Shown one piece after another: positions 37,245 through 50,794 of a DNA stretch of 64,000 nucleotides (position 1 is the stretch's first letter; each line of letters opens with the position of its first letter). The position numbers and the translations under genes are program-made. This DNA is from Octopus sinensis. Lineage: Eukaryota. Under the pieces are notes generated by a model, which saw only the letters and a program-made list of their open reading frames with translations, made no database searches and was not told the DNA's origin. The stretch is from NCBI RefSeq assembly GCF_006345805.1, contig NC_043001.1, positions 83,762,001-83,826,000 of the forward strand, given 5' to 3'.

Positions 37245-38660
37245 TTTACGGTGACGAGCTGGCACAATCGTTACCACGCCGGGCGATATGCTTAGCAGTA
37301 TTTCGTCTGCCGCTACGTTCTGGGTTCAGATTCCGCCGATGTCGACTTTCGGGCCCTGAGGTCGATGTAATCAACTTAATCCTTTCCCTCAAATTTGAGA
37401 CCTTGTGCTTCCAGGTAGAAAGAATTATTATTATTATTATTATTATTATGGCGACGTGCTGGCAGAATCGGTAGCACGCTTCGGGAAATGCTTAGGGGCA
37501 TTTCGCCCGTCCTTACGTTCTATGTTCGAATTATGCCGAGGCCGATTTTGCCTTTCATCCTTTCGGGATCGATAATTTAAGTACCAGTCAAGTACTGGGG
37601 TCGATGTGATCGACCATCATCTTCCCCTTAAATTCCAGACCTTGTGCCTATAGTAGAAAGGATAATAATAATAATAATAATAATGGGTGGTTTTTTCAAC
37701 ATCCTTAAACAACCCTTATTCAGGGACCGTTTGAGCGGGATGGGCTACTCAACCTGAAGAAAATTCTAACTGGGCCCCACCTGCAAGGTCATGTGCTGTT
37801 TATCTTGATATGAGATCACCATGTCGCGCACATATGGTTGTGATGCATGTGTCTGGTGTACCCTTATCAGACGGGTAGTCATGATGGGTATATTGGGCTT
37901 CGTATATTTTACCCCGGTGTCACTTTGATGGCATGAACTGCTCTCTCACTCAATAATAATAATAATTATTATTAAGGCGATGAGCTGGCAGAATCGGTAG
38001 CACGCTTCAGGAAATGCTTAGCGGCATTTCGTCTGCCGTTACGTTCTGAGTTCAAATTCCGCCGAGGTCGACCTTGTTTTTTTATCCTTTCGGGGGTCGG
38101 TAAAATAAGTATCAGTTACGCACTGGGATCGATGTAATCGACTAGCTACTCCCTCCAAAATTTCAGGCCTTGTGCCTATAGTAGAACAGATTATTATTAT
38201 TATTATTATTAAGGCGATGAGCTGGCAGAATTGTTAGCACACTGGGCGAAATGCTTACCTGCATTTCGTCCGTCTATACGTTCTGAGGTCGAATTCCGCC
38301 GAGGTCGACTTTACCTTTCATCCTTTCAAGGTCGATAAAATAAGTAAGAATTTGAGCACTGAGGTCAATGTACTCGACTTACCCCCTCCCTGAAATTGCT
38401 GGCCTTGTGCCAAAATTTGAAACCTGTATAAATGATATGATACGATAATATAAAGCGGCAAGTTAGCAGAATCGTTACCGCACTGGAAAAAAATGCTTAG
38501 CAGCTTTTTTCCCTCTTTACGTTCTCAGTTCGAATTCCGCTGAGGTCGGTCGACTTTACTTTTTATCCCTTTCGGGGTTGATTAAATAAATACCAGTCAA
38601 TATAATTAACTGCTCTTTCCCCCAACCTCTTCTGTAGTTTCAGGCCTTGTGCCTATAATT
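37245..38660 (+). mobile_element. Run of about five SINE A copies with one family E copy (37686-37975) in between, separated by (TTA)n
   Basis: Repeated GCGAxGxGCTGGCAGAA heads and family A bodies. Confidence 0.85.
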
Positions 38661-38682
38661 GGAAAGATATATATGATACGCT

Positions 38683-38947
38683 GTGGAGGCGCGTGGCTTA
38701 CTGGTTAGAGTGTCAGCATCATGATCGTAAGATTGTGTTTTCGATCCCTGGACCGGGCAACGCGTAGTGTTCTTCAGCAAAACACTTGATTTCACGCTGC
38801 TCCAGTCCACTCAGTTTGCAAAAATGAATTACGCTGCGACGGACTAGCGTCCCGTCCAGCTGGGGAACACATACACCACGGAAACCGGGAAACCGGGCCC
38901 ATGAGCTTGGCTAGGCTTTAAAAAGGACACATTTATTATATTTTATT
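38683..38947 (+). mobile_element. SINE family D
   Basis: 13-bp TSD TATATGATACGCT on both sides. Confidence 0.9.
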
Positions 38948-39008
38948 TATATGATACGCTAATATACGCAGAGATACAAACGTCTAAATAAGAACGCGAA
39001 AGATAAAA

Positions 39009-39061
<53 letters not shown>

Positions 39062-39712
39062 CAACATCTTCATAAAAAATGTATATCAATACAAACATTT
39101 AATACAGAGCTAATGGCAACTTAAGGAGCATAATTTTGGGTTATTAAAATCTTGTGGAAGTTATTAAAGGGTGGAGTGAGAAAACAAAAAAAAAAAAAAA
39201 CGTTAAACCATTGTTAAGAATAGAGTAAATAAGTTGTAAAAATATATAGAACCGTAAATATAGCACTGACGAATTTATAATAAATAAAATTAATAGACTA
39301 ATTAATCTGGTTAAATAGAATTTGTAGAGTCATAAAAATAACAGAGGTTTGTAATGTTGGGTATTTTCTGTGTTGAAGTGATTAAGGGTGGAGGAAAGGG
39401 AATTGTTCTTCAGGAGCGACAAAGGAAATGGTGAAATTAACTGTGGGTAAGTGCTTTGACTGTTGTTGAAGTAGAATGTAATAAATAAATTTTATTAGAG
39501 AGTGAAGGTGTTGGGTTGATGACGGCAGTGGTTGTTGACGTGTTATAAACCTGTTTCTCAGCCGTTTTTGTCCCACGCACCACAGCGATTTTTATGTAAA
39601 ATTACATTGGAATAAAACAGAGTGCATTGCACCATGACCGGACTAAGTGCATAACGCACTGAAACACACACACACACACACGTATACATTCAAAACCGTT
39701 TTTATTAAATTA

Positions 39713-40111
39713 CTAGCAGTATCGCCCGGCGTTGCTCGGGTTTGTAAGGGAAATAACTACATAAACATTTTTAGAGAGTTATAGCACCAAAATAGCAAAA
39801 AAATGCATTAAAAATGGAAAAAAAATGATGGTAAATTTTTTCAAAAATCGTTGACACATCGTAGACATTTTTAGAGAGTTACTTCCCTTATATAATAGCG
39901 AAAAAATGCATTAAAATGGGAAAAAATGATGGTAATTTTTTTTTTAAATCGTTGACTTCATCGTAGACGCGCGCTAATACCCAGAAGGACTCGATATGAA
40001 TCACGACTATAGGATACCCGGTTTTGGTTAAACTGCACCGCAAAATGTGGGAGTAGTTAGGAATCTAAATTGTAGGAGACAGACACACAACCTTACTTTT
40101 ATATATAAAGA
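39713..40111 (-). mobile_element. Non-autonomous Helitron
   Basis: Minus strand 5' TC, 3' hairpin CCCGAGCAACGCCGGG then CTAG; four copies in window. Confidence 0.8.
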
Positions 40112-40621
40112 CTAGCAGTATCGCCCGGCGTTGCTCGGGTTTGTAAGGGAAATAACTATATAAGCATTTTTAGAGAGTTACTTCCCTTATAGATGCCAAT
40201 TCGGGCTTTCTTAGCCATTTCTGTTTTGGTGTCTTCAAGCCATGAAGCCGTTGTTCTAAAAGAACGCTGGTCTCCTTGACAACGCATTACGACGTTGATT
40301 TCTTTACTCTCCCTTCCCGACAGCTTCACGAGGGAGGAAAGGGGGAGAAGCAAACAGGTGCAGCTGTGAGCGTGGACGCCAACTCCGCCGCCATCGACAC
40401 ACGAAAAATTATGCATTAAAATGGAATAAAAAATGATGTTAAATTATTTTTAAAATCGTAGACTCATCGTTGACGCGCGCTAATAGCCAGACGGGCTCGA
40501 TATGAATCACGACTATAAGATACCCGAATTTGGTTAAACTGCACCGCAAAATGTGGGAGGAGTTAGGAATCTAAATCGAAGGGGACAGACACTCACACAA
40601 CTAGAGTTTTATATATATAGA
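40112..40621 (-). mobile_element. Non-autonomous Helitron, tandem to the previous copy, with a ~210-bp extra internal segment
   Basis: Same termini; segment 40192-40401 is absent from the other three copies. Confidence 0.8.
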
Positions 40622-40855
40622 TTATTGCAAATTTTATTCATTTGTTACATATATTCAATTCCGAAGTGAAGTAACGCGCCCCGCCGCTGGTGAATGTGCT
40701 CCGTTATGAGAAACTCTGTGACGCAATGCAAATTTTTGTATTTCGGACTGTTTTCTTCTCTTTCTGTTGCCTTGTCCCTTTTATGAGAGTCCACTTCATG
40801 CATGGGATCACCACATTTAGCTGGCAAATATACTTCACAATTCCGTGCTGCAACT

Positions 40856-41058
40856 CTCTTTTACTCTTTTTACTTGTTTCAGTCATTTGATTGCGGCCAT
40901 GCTGGAGCACCGCCTTTAAGTCGAGCAAATCGACCCCAGGCTTATTCTTTGTAAGCCTAGTAATTCTTTGTAATTCTATCGGTCACTTTTGCTGAACCGC
41001 TAAGTAACGGGGACGTAAACACACCAGCATCGGTTGTCAAGTGACGTTGGGGGGGGGA

Positions 41059-41094
<36 letters not shown>

Positions 41095-41116
41095 AGCAAT
41101 AATAAATCTCTGAACG

Positions 41117-41159
<43 letters not shown>

Positions 41160-41313
41160 TACAACGGGCTTCTTTTCAGTTTCCGTCTCACAAGTCTTTG
41201 GTCGGTCCGATGCTATAGTAGAAGACACTTGCCCAAGGTCCCACGCAGTGGGTTTGAACCCGGAACCATGTGGCTGGTAAGCAAGCTACTTACCACACAG
41301 CCACTCCTGCACC
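40856..41313 (-). mobile_element. SINE family B
   Basis: Family consensus. Confidence 0.9.
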
Positions 41314-41679
41314 TTACTTCTCGATAAAGAGATTTGATATTGCTTGATTCTCCTTTTTCTAGATCAGCGACTGTTTGTCACTAGAAAAAAGCATATGGTA
41401 TTTTATGTTGGGAATGAGATCTCATCGCTAGCTGGTGATCATCATGCACTGATAACGGGTTACTGTCAAGAAACCTGTGTCTGTGTGTATCATGTAAGGC
41501 TAGAAATAAGAATGATGATTTCCCTACGCAAATACTAATCAGACACAGACAGTGTGTCGTTAGCCAGCTGGTGGAGATGTCCTCCTGGGGCTATAAACAA
41601 CAGTAGCATCGTCCCCTATGGGACCACCACATTTAGGTGGCAAATATACTTCACGATATATATATTCTTTCGTCCTATT

Positions 41680-41956
41680 ATTCTTATATTTCTTTCAGTC
41701 ATTTGATTGTAGCCATGCTGGAGCACCGCCTTTGAGGGTTTTTGAACAGTCTCAAGTGTAACACGCCGAAACTGTAATGATAATTGGAAGCTTGACTGAT
41801 GAGTAGAGGGCACGAATGATCCGCCTTGAGTTTTCCCTGTCCATCTTTCTGTCGTTTATCTGTCTGTATGCTTTTATTGTCGTCCGTTATGTTCTCATTC
41901 CATTTTTTATATTTATATATACAAATACGTACGTACATTTTTTGCTTACAATATAT

Positions 41957-41993
<37 letters not shown>

Positions 41994-42410
41994 GCACGAC
42001 GGGCTTCTTTCGGTTTCCGTCTACCAAATCCACTCACAAGGCTTTTGGTGGCCCAAGGCTATTGTAGAAGACATTTGCCCTAGGTGTCACGCAATGAGAC
42101 TGAACCCGAACCATGTGGTTGTGAAGCAAGCTTCTTATTTCTTTACTGCCCGCAAGGGGCTACACACAGAGGGGGCAAACAAGGACAGACGAACGGATTG
42201 AGCCGATTATATCGACCTCAGTAGTGCGTAAATGGTACTTATTTAATTGACCCCGAAAGGATGAAAGGCAAAGTCAACCTCGGCGGAATTTGAACTCAGA
42301 ACGTAGCGGCAGACGAAATACTGCTATGCATTTCGCCCGGTGTGCTAACGTTTCTGCCAGCTCGCCGCCTTCTGAAGCAAGCTTCTTACCACACAGCCAC
42401 GCTTGCGACT
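41680..42410 (-). mobile_element. SINE B with nested SINE A (42138-42372)
   Basis: 16-bp TSD TGAAGCAAGCTTCTTA at 42122-42137 and 42373-42388. Confidence 0.85.
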
Positions 42411-42429
42411 ATTTAAAATGATATATTAT

Positions 42430-42459
<30 letters not shown>

Positions 42460-42461
<2 letters not shown>

Positions 42462-43300
42462 GGCGTTCGAGATAATTTGACTATTTTTTTAATGTTTCCT
42501 TTTTTTTCAGGAATATCTTGACGTATTGGTGAACAGCCAGCGACCTTAGAGAACTTAAAATTAAAGTTGTAGCTGAGAAAAAAATTAGCTGAATACTGGA
42601 AAATAGTTACTTGTATCATGATAATTCGCATCGGGTATCAAAATGCCGACGTCGTGACTGCTACTCATTACTTTGTGAACACTGTAAAGGCTGTCAGACG
42701 TGATAGAGACTGCTGCAACGGAGACTACAAGGCCGTGGCTAGCAGGAAGTGAGACAACAGGCGTTCTGACTGCGTGTGAACACCAGAGTTATTCCCGACA
42801 TCTTTGAACGGGGCCTTAGGGTCAGTTCAGGCGGTTGTGTGAAGCTGCAGGAGAGTATGGTTAAATCTTAGCTGGAGAGGGTTGTTGCAGAAAGGCCATA
42901 CGCATGGCAGCAGGATTCGGCTCCAGATCATACTTCCGGAAAGAGTTAGAAGTAGTTGTCGAAGAATTCCAGCGACTTCATTAGTCTCAGTTTCTGGTCT
43001 CCTAACCCCAACCCTCGATTGTAATCCTATGGACTGCTATGTGTGGGGCTCGGTTGAAAAAGAGACGGACCACTCTGCCTGCAACATCAAGGCCGAACTG
43101 GTGACCAAGATCAAGGAGGTGTTCGAAGATCTTCCCAGGGACACAATGAGGAATGCTTGCACCAGGTCCTTGAGCTGTCTTGAGGACCTGGTGGAAGCTG
43201 AGGGCGGTATTTTGAGTAAACTTACATTAGACATATTCGGATACGAAACGTCGTAACAAATGAGTGCTGGTTATAATTTCGATGCAAAATCTGCAGAGAT
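42460..43300 (+). mobile_element. Decayed Tc1/mariner transposon with a transposase C-terminal relic
   Basis: DCNPMDCYVWG...AELVTKIKEVFEDLPRDTMRNAC...LEDLVEAEGG matches the SPDLNPxDxxVW...VVEAxGG mariner C-terminus. Confidence 0.8.
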
Positions 43301-43310
43301 AACCTAAACA

Positions 43311-43736
43311 CAGGGCTGGATTAAGACCCGTCGAGGCCCTAAGCACTTAAAAGATTTTGGAGCCCCCATAAAAGATTATGTAATTCAAAATATAAACAAC
43401 AACAAACCATAAAATAAATTTTTATTTTTCAAAACGAAACAAAACAGTAAAAGGGAAAATAATGTTTATTTTTGTATACTTCCACTTTATTTATATTTGA
43501 AAAATTTCGTCCTACTTTTTAAAATTACTAAGTCATTGATCAGATCCTCAAAATTAACCTTAGGTAACACATCTGCATCTATATTTAGTAGAGATAAAGG
43601 CATCCCGAATATTATTTTAGCAAGTTTAAAATGATTTCTTTTGTACCGTAAGCCATTTACCATTTCTGAGGTGCCCCCTACTTCCCTTGAAGCCCGAAGT
43701 ACGTGCTTATTTTGCCTAAGGGTTAATCCAGCGCTG
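43311..43736. mobile_element. hAT-type MITE
   Basis: TIR CAGGGCTGGATTAA / TTAATCCAGCGCTG; exact 8-bp TSD CCTAAACA. Confidence 0.9.
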
Positions 43737-44398
43737 CCTAAACATGTGATTTGATAGCACTGCTAACACAGTAGGACACAGTATGGACATATAAAAGCAT
43801 TTAATATACTTTGTAATATATTATGGTTGCATAACGAAATACGGTATCCCTACAAGTCATTAAACTGCAGGTATATTGTGAATTGTCCGCAGGTGCACTA
43901 TGAATAGTCGGCAGGTGTGACGCGTATAGAGCGCAAGTGGTTGTATATAGTCCACACATGTGTAACGAATAGTCTGCAGGTGTGTGCATATAGTTCATAG
44001 GTGTAACACATATAGTCTGCGGGCGTGACGCGAGTTTTTGAGGTGAGTTAGATAATGCTACGACTACATCCCGTTGCATTTAACACCGACCTATTGTATC
44101 AATAATTTTGATTTCAAAAGGCGGAAGTGTCTGATTTAACGAAAGCTTAGTTACTATTTCTAGTAGGTTGAGAGGCCACATAGAGGATCACTTGTTGACT
44201 TCTCCAACCTGTATGTCGCATAGTTTTGAGAGGGATAAGTTGAATTAAACTGATACCCTTAGTAGTTCGGCGTTTCTCAAAGTGGAGATGGTAATATTTT
44301 TATGACGCTTGGGTGACTTCGGAATGGTGCGTGAGTAATTAAGAAATGAATAAAATTTGTAATAAGATGTAAATTAAAAACTTCTTTTGAATACATAA

Positions 44399-44801
44399 GT
44401 GGCTGTGTGGTAAGTAGCTTGCTTACCAACCACATGGTTCTGGATTCAGTCCCACTGCGTGACACCTTGGGCGTCTTCTACTATAGCATCGGGCCGACCA
44501 AAACCTTGTGAGTGGATTTGGTAGACGGAAACTGAAAGAAGCCCGTCGTATATATGTATATATATATATGTATGTATGTGTGTGTGTATACGTTTGTGTG
44601 TCTGTGTTTGTTCCCCCAATGTTGCTTGACAACCGATGCTGGTGTGTTTACGTCCCCGTAACATAGCGGTTCGGCAAAAGAGACCGATAGAATAAGTACT
44701 AGGCTTACAAAGAATAAGTCCTGGGGTCGATTTGCTCGACTAAAGGCGGTGCTCCTGCATGGCCGCAGTCAAATGATTGAAACAAGTAAAAGAGTAAAAG
44801 A
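44399..44801 (+). mobile_element. SINE family B
   Basis: Family consensus. Confidence 0.9.
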
Positions 44802-45069
44802 CATGCTAACATACATAAACAACACACACACACACACACACGGTTTAATTGTTAGGGTGTTGTATTGACGATCCTGAGATCGTTGTTTCAGTTCCTAGAC
44901 CGGGCAGTGCGTTGAGTTCTTGAACAAAATACTTCATTACGCGTTGCTCTGTGATCACTTCGACATCGTTTTCTATGATATTGTTTTTATGTTTTCGTTT
45001 CTTGTGTTCAACAGTTTTCTTTTATGTCCTGTACCCATATATGCATGTATATATACATATATTTGTAAG

Positions 45070-45119
<50 letters not shown>

Positions 45120-45128
45120 ATATATATA

Positions 45129-46243
45129 TTCTTTTATTTTTTTATTCTTTTACTTTTTCAGCCATTTGACTGCTGGAGCACCGTCTTAACGGGTTATACT
45201 CGAAGAAATCGATCCCAGGACTTATTCTTTGTAAGCCTAGTTCTTATTCTATCGATTTCTTTTCGCTAAGTTACGGGGGGATATAAACACACCAGCATCG
45301 GTTGTCAAGCGATGGAGGACACGCGCGCGCACACATTCTTTTATTCTTTTATTTGTTTCAGTCATTTGACTGCAGCCATGTTGGAGCACCGCCTTTATAT
45401 AAATATACGACAAGCTTCTTTCACTTTCTACCTACCAAATCCACTCACTAGGCTTTGATCTGGCTGAGGCTACAGTCTGAGGTGCCACGCAGTGGAATTG
45501 AACCTGAAGCCATGGAGTTGGGAAACAAGCTCCTTACCAAACTGCCTATATATGGGAAAATCTAACTAAGGTGTGGAGCAAAATCAGTTAAAGCCATCGT
45601 TCCTAAATATTCCCTAGAAATATCCACTGTGATAAAGGATTTATCAACATTCGTAATCACCAGTATCCATCAATGGGTGAATATTGCGAGTGTTTTCAGT
45701 GTAGAACCGATTAGAGGGAGTATTTGGAGGCAGGATGATTACATAGAAGCCGTGATGTTTTTTTTTTTATCGATGTACATCAAGCAAGCAGACAGAATCG
45801 AAACCGGATCGAGAATTCGGCATATTTGTAGATACCTACTGTTTTATCATGTTCACTGCGTCACATAATTTCTTTTAGTTATTTCTTCCGTTTTACTATT
45901 GTGTGTGTATGTGTGTGTGCGTGTGCGTGTGTATAAATGTGTGTTTGTATGTATGGGTATATGTATGAAAGTTTTTAAGTGTGTATGTATATATGTATGT
46001 ATGTACGTGTATGTATGTAGTATATATGTATGAATGAGTCTATGTATGTATGTATGTATGTATGTATGCATGTGTGTATGTGTATGTATGTATGTATGCG
46101 TCTGTGTGTATGTTTGCATATATATGTAAGAATGAATGTGTTTATATTTGTATAAGTTGTGTATGCATGTATGTACGACTGCATATATATATGTGTGTGT
46201 GTGTGTATGAATGTGTGCATTATATCTATATCTATCTCTCTCT

Positions 46244-46290
<47 letters not shown>

Positions 46291-47429
46291 ATATTCTTTT
46301 ATTTTTTTATTCTTTTACTTTTTCAGCCATTTGACTGCTGGAGCACCGTCTTAACGGTTATACTCGAAGAAATCGATCCCAGGACTTATTCTTTGTAAGC
46401 CTAGTTCTTATTCTATCGATTTCTTTTCGCTAAGTTACGGGGGGATATAAACACACCAGCATCGGTTGTCAAGCGATGGAGGACACGCGCGCGCACACAT
46501 TCTTTTATTCTTTTATTTGTTTCAGTCATTTGACTGCAGCCATGTTGGAGCACCGCCTTTATATAAATATACGACAAGCTTCTTTCACTTTCTACCTACC
46601 AAATCCACTCACTAGGCTTTGATCTGGCTGAGGCTACAGTCTGAGGTGCCACGCAGTGGGATTGAACCTGAAGCCATGGAGTTGGGAAACAAGCTCCTTA
46701 CCAAACTGCCTATATATGGGAAAATCTAACTAAGGTGTGGAGCAAAATCAGTTAAAGCCATCGTTCCTAAATATTCCCTAGAAATATCCACTGTGATAAA
46801 GGATTTATCACATTCGTAATCACCAGTATCCATCAATGGGTGAATATTGCGAGTGTTTTCAGTGTAGAACCGATTAGAGGGAGTATTTGGAGGCAGGATG
46901 ATTACATAGAAGCCGTGATGTTTTTTTTTTTATCGATGTACATCAAGCAAGCAGACAGAATCGAAACCGGATCGAGAATTCGGCATATTTGTAGATACCT
47001 ACTGTTCTATCATGTTCACTGCGTCACATAATTTCTTTTAGTTATTTCTTCCGTTTTACTATTGTGTGTGTATGTGTGTGTGCGTGTGCGTGTGTATAAA
47101 TGTGTGTTTGTATGTATGGGTATATGTATGAAAGTTTTTAAGTGTGTATGTATATATGTATGTATGTACGTGTATGTATGTAGTATATATGTATGAATGA
47201 GTCTATGTATGTATGTATGTATGTATGTATGCATGTGTGTATGTATGTATGTATGTATGTATGCGTCTGTGTGTATGTTTGCATATATATGTAAGAATGA
47301 ATGTGTTTATATTTGTATAAGTTGTGTATGCATGTATGTACGACTGCATATATATATGTGTGTGTGTGTGTATGAATGTGTGCATTATATCTATATCTAT
47401 CTCTCTCTTTCTATATATATATATATATA
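45129..47429. repeat. ~1165-bp tandem duplication, two copies, junctions in (TA)n
   Basis: Anchors at 45129 and 46294; near-identical; each copy contains decayed SINE B pieces. Confidence 0.9.
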
Positions 47430-47786
47430 CACACACATATATATGTATGTTTGTATATATATATATATGTGTACGTATAATTGTATAATTGTTTTGTAGT
47501 GACGTACATAGATGTGTTTCCCCCTCTCCCACACATAGATGTATGTATAAACATTTATGTTTGTGTGTGTACGTGTATGTATGTTTGTGTGTGTGTGTGT
47601 GTGTGTGCGTTTGTGTGTGTGTGTATGCGCCTGTGTATGACGTCTTTGAAGTCACCTTTAAAAATCAGAAAGGCGGCAGTGTTTGCATTTTCTAACGGTT
47701 GACCTCTTAGTTTCTTCAAGCTTTACATTGTTGTATTTCGGTCAACAACTACCTTTATATCATTTTATATTAGTTTATTTATTCTA

Positions 47787-48420
47787 AAGCAGCGAGCTGG
47801 CAGAATTGCTAGCGCGCTGGGCAAAAATGCTTAACGGCATTTCGTCCGTCTTTACGTACAAATTCTGTTGAGATTGATTATGTAACAGGATGGGAGATTC
47901 CAGCACTGGATGGGTGCAGCTCGCACACTTTACATTAAATATTAAATGAAGAAAGAGTCAAGATTTCCGATTAGCTTCAACAGAATAAATATTTATTCTT
48001 TGATTCGCAATAAAAAGCATTTCTTTCTTCTGGGCGAATCGACAACCTAGGAACTTATCGACAGTAGTCAAGAGGAGTGAGTCAATCCTGCCCGTTCAAG
48101 CATAGCGGAGATGCGCCACGAGGTCGCAGCTCGAGAGAGCTGATGGAGACACGTCTGCCTTGTTCAGCTGCTAGCGTCCAAGAGAGCGATACAAGAGAAT
48201 TTCGCTGCAGCTAGTTTTCTGCGTATGCGCATGAGAGAACTTCCGGGAGGCCTTCCGGAAGACTCCAACCCTGCGCATGCGTGCTGGAGATTTCCAAGAT
48301 GGCGTCACTACAATTATGCTTTTCATCCTTTCGGGGTCGATTAAATAAATACCAGTTGAGCACCGGGGTCAATATAATCGACTTACCCAGAACTTGCTGA
48401 CTATGTGCTAAAGTTTGAAA
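47787..48420 (+). mobile_element. SINE A split by an LTR insertion
   Basis: Head at 47787-47880 resumes as tgcttttcatcctttcggggtcg after 48316. Confidence 0.8.
47881..48312 (-). mobile_element. Solo LTR (432 bp), Gypsy-like termini
   Basis: TGTAACA...ACTACA ends; 4-bp TSD ATTA on both sides; AATAAA ~110 bp from the minus-strand 3' end; orientation inferred. Confidence 0.8.
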
Positions 48421-49515
48421 TCAATATTTATTTATTCTCTCTTTTACTCATTTCTCTGTTATCCGTTACATTAGGTTTCTTCTTTCTCTCTTCAAAATTT
48501 AAATACAACCTTGTCGTTGCTGATGTTGCTATTGTTGCGTAGCCCTAGATCAGTGCTGATCGACTGTGGCATGCATATATGTGGTTTGGGTCGGCAAACG
48601 AAAACCCACCTATCCGTATTATAGCACGCTTCCACCCAGCTGAATCCAGGCTCAGTAGATTTGTGTTTCTCAAAGTGGGGCTCATTCTCCAACGGTACGG
48701 CATGGTAATGTTTTGGATGGGGCTCGAGACTTCAGAATACGATGGGATGGATAAGATACAAATGATTTAACAGTTTTAATTAAAAATTTATCGCAGGAAA
48801 TATAAACAGAAGGGAATTATAAAAACGAATTGACAGAATAAGGACCGGAGGTAAAAAAAAAATAAGTATTGGTGTTGATTTGTTCGGCTTAAACCCTTCG
48901 AGACGGTGCCCAAGCAAGGCCGTAGTTCAATGACTAAAATATATCTGTTTGTGTTGTGATCGTAGTGGAGGCGTAATATGTTACCATTATAATTAAGGCG
49001 GCGAACTGGCAGAACCGTTAGCACGCCGGGCAAAATGTTCTGGGTTGAAATTCCGCCTAGATCGACTTTACCTTTGAGTACTGGGTCAATGTAATCGCCT
49101 TAGCTCCCTCCCCCACTTGAAATTGCTGGCCTTGTGTTAAAATTTAGAAAATCAATATTTAATCATTGTAGTTTTGTCTTCTCTGTGTAGGTATGAAGGC
49201 TCGTGGCCTAGTGATTAGGAGTGTTGTGTTCCTGATCGTAAAATCGCAGTTTCGATCCCCAGACAGGCTACGAGTTATGTTCTTGAGCAAAGCACTTAAT
49301 TTCACTTTGTCTCTGCCCGCTTAAATGTAAATGAGTTCCAGCAATAGCTAGGAAGTTAACCTTGAATGGAACCCTTGAACGGAACGCCGGTCCGTGCAGG
49401 GTTAACTTCCTGCAAGTTATGGATGATTCTTTTATGACTCCATTGCTTTCAGGTATGTTATGGATGCTAGAACTCATAAAACCAGAGCTTAGCTCGTTTT
49501 CCATGATGTATAATG

Positions 49516-50037
49516 TACTGAAAGCAAAATCCTCGAGTATAATCCGCATTTTTTCCTCAAATTTAAAGGTCAAAATCCCTAGTGCGTATTATACACGAGG
49601 TTAAAAATGAAAATTATTTTCTAAGCAATGTTCAAGTCTCCATTTGCTGTCCGGCAATGTTTATTCAGACGCATTTTGTGATGTCAGGCGCGAAAATACC
49701 TTAAGCTAAGCTTGAAAGCAATGAAGTCATAAAAGAATCACCCATAACTTGCAGTAAGCAATATTTATTAAACATTATTACTGTTATTTCTTTATTTTCT
49801 GCAAACAAAATGCACAAAAAAGCTACACGTTTGCATTACGTTATATATATACAATAATAATAAAGTACGTTACCGTATACATTTTTACAAACCAAGGACG
49901 TTATATGGACCTCCTTGACTCAAGTTAGAGAAGGGGTGCGTATTATACGCAAGGCTTAAGTTTTTCAGAGGTACAGCCCCCTAAAAATCCCCTGCGTATT
50001 ATACTCAAGGGCGGACTATACTCGAGGATTTACGGTA
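49516..50037. mobile_element. Tc2/Kanga-like MITE, left end damaged
   Basis: Homologous to 56523-57044; right end TATACTCGAGGATTTACGG-TA. Confidence 0.8.
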
Positions 50038-50763
50038 CTTAAGTATGGGTGTACTATGCTATGTTTATGTTGCTGAGTGTCGTAATTGTCATTTTATAAA
50101 AAAATATTCTCTGGATTATTGTTTTGATGTAGTTGCGAAACCAGGATTTTAGCTGATGTAAACAGAGATAAAGAATTTGTACAGTAGAGGTTGAAGAACG
50201 GTAGAAGGATGTGCGTGTGGTGTGATGCATTGTGTATGAAACTATATCTACGTTCTTGCGGAGGTGTGTAAAGATTGTTTAGTTCTAGGTCGAAGAGAGT
50301 GGGTAGATGGGAGTGTACCCAGTTAAACATGCAACATAAAAGTGGCATTGTTTTCTTGTTCAAATATCAAATTGCCAAACAAGTGAATGAATAATTAAAA
50401 ATGCAAGAAAACAGAGAACATACGACGGACTTACTTTCAAAGTAAAAGAATCTGCACACTATATCGTGTTTGTTCCGCATTTCAATATCTTACTGACAAA
50501 ATATAAAATTACTTAGAAAATGACTACGTCGATGCTCATTGTAGTGGCGATGATAATAATGATAATAATAATAATAATAATAATAATAATAGCCTATTTT
50601 GTTTCATGAGAGGTGGACACCTGAGAGGTCAGAAGGGCAACATACAGAAATATTGTGGCTTCAGATCAGGTAAGAATAACAATGGAAAGCCACAATACAA
50701 ACATAAAATGATGATGATGATGATGATGATAATAATAATAATAATAATATAATAATAATAATA

Positions 50764-50789
<26 letters not shown>

Positions 50790-50794
<5 letters not shown>

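Noticed and set aside
41795-41830. CTGATGA-GTAGAGGGCAC-GAAT
   Set aside because: GAAT instead of GAAA and no stem I or III.
43866-44035. Degenerate ~22-bp minisatellite (atagtctgcaggtgtg-like)
   Set aside because: Real but weak and irregular; no basis for a functional claim.
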